From contig NC_092679.1 in the NCBI RefSeq assembly GCF_964355755.1, forward strand, positions 6,106,201 through 6,170,200: a stretch of 64,000 nt of DNA, given 5' to 3'. Position numbers and translations under genes: made by a program. Positions 62,691-64,000 of the stretch are shown one piece after another. Each line of letters begins with the position of its first letter. Position 1 is the first letter of the stretch. The notes beneath the pieces were generated by a model, which saw only the letters and a list, made by a program, of their open reading frames with translations, was not told the DNA's origin and ran no database searches. This DNA is from Antedon mediterranea (Eukaryota > Animalia > Echinodermata).

Positions 62691-64000
62691 TTTTGGTTAT
62701 CCGCAACGAAGTTGCAGGATAACCTCTTGTGATTGTACGAAATCATCAACATCTTTTTCTTAATCTTCTTTCTTTCTGTATGATTTTTGTGTAACGCTTT
62801 TCTCTAAAACTTGCAAACATAACATTTTGTTAACTATGTTAACATTTTGACATTTATGTAACGTCGTCAAGCGAAGCTTTTCATGATGTTTACAATTGCG
62901 CAACGTGACGTACGCGCGATTTAACGATTTTCTCGTATTTAACATATGTCGAAAACCAAATAACATTTTAAAGTGAAACTTTGCAAAAGTTTAATTTATA
63001 TCATGCGCTAACTTTCTGTTGAAAAAAAATTGCGTGTTTTACACAAAGTTACGCGCGCACGCGCATTTAAAATTTCAAAATGCGCAAAATTAATTTATAA
63101 TCAACTTTCTACGCGTTTCATGTCGTTTTAAGCATGTCAAAAATTCCCACGTGTGCGCACATTTTTACGTGTGCGGTGCGCACGTAGCATTGAAAACGTA
63201 TTTTTTTCGCGTGATTTATGTTTTTCCAGCCTTTTCTAGTAATTTTACCAAATTTTAAACAATTTCGACTTAAAGATACGTCATACGAGCACGTCGAATT
63301 GGACAATTTGCGCGCGTTTTTTATGAAAAGGTTAAAAAATTCGTTTAAAATATGCCTTTTTTTAAACAGTTGTAATTTCTAAACTAGACGGTCAACTTTT
63401 TGTGGATGACATATTCTGGAAGTAGATGAGTTGTAGGTATCGGATCAGGTATTAATATGGCTAACCGGACATTGTGACGTCATCGTATGGCCACGCGAAT
63501 ATAAAATTTAGGATTTTTGTATCTTTCGTCATAGCTCATCACATTGAATAGAGCGCATCTCCACTTATTCGTTTTCCATTTTCACCCCGATTTTGATATT
63601 GTCTAGGTCAATCAACTATCTTTCGCATGAGTTAAAAATATTTTAATTTTTTTGACGTCATCATGCCTAAATATTTAAATCACGTGTGGCATCAATTTCA
63701 TCTTTACAGTAAATTTTAATCTGTTATAGCTCGTAAGAATAAAATGTGATAATCACGATTAAAACTTTTTCTGGAAGCTTTTGGATTGTAGATACGAAAT
63801 TATGTAAAAATGTTGCCCATCGGATGTTGTGACGTCATCATATGGCCAGTTAAATAAAAAAGGTCGTATTTTCATCTTTTGCGTCATAATTCATTACATT
63901 TAAAAAAGCGCGCATCAATATTTCACGTATTCAAATTTCTTCTACACGCTAATACGTTGTTGCTGAGATAATTTCCTTTCGGAATTGCTACCTTCGCGTT
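62691..64000 (+). mobile_element. 5' part of a Helentron/HINE-type non-autonomous element, running off the window
   Basis: Begins in a T-run with palindromic GGTTATCC-GCAAC-GAA-GTTGC-A-GGATAACC; CpG-rich interior; ~355-bp internal tandem units (63467, 63822). Confidence 0.6.

Overview
This is AT-rich eukaryotic (metazoan) genomic DNA, most likely from a marine invertebrate (inference from the protein and the repeat content). There are no prokaryotic features and no CRISPR array. The only host gene I can support is a PTK7/CCK4/off-track receptor pseudokinase on the + strand. Ten phase-consistent GT-AG exons (29343-42317, about 927 codons) encode Ig2-Ig7, a transmembrane helix and a catalytically degenerate tyrosine-kinase domain. 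The signal peptide and Ig1 exons were not found, so 1-29342 is probably one very large intron. The rest is transposon-rich. It holds a 5'-truncated CR1-group LINE with an uninterrupted RT ORF fused to a decayed Academ-type DNA transposon, many MITE families (pogo/Tc1, PIF-Harbinger, Kolobok-like, hAT-like), Helentron-type ends and several minisatellites. The most interesting signals are: (i) type I hammerhead ribozyme motifs, as a tandem-plus-inverted Penelope/retrozyme-like cluster inside a PTK7 intron and a separate well-formed copy at 61630; (ii) a four-level nest of Harbinger MITEs, with the same internal target site used in two nests; (iii) apparent transposon excision footprints, namely TA-CAG-TA inserts (one demonstrably frameshifts a LINE relic) and ultra-short palindromes with 7-bp duplications resembling P-element scars. 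I cannot claim a wholly new biological system from sequence alone.
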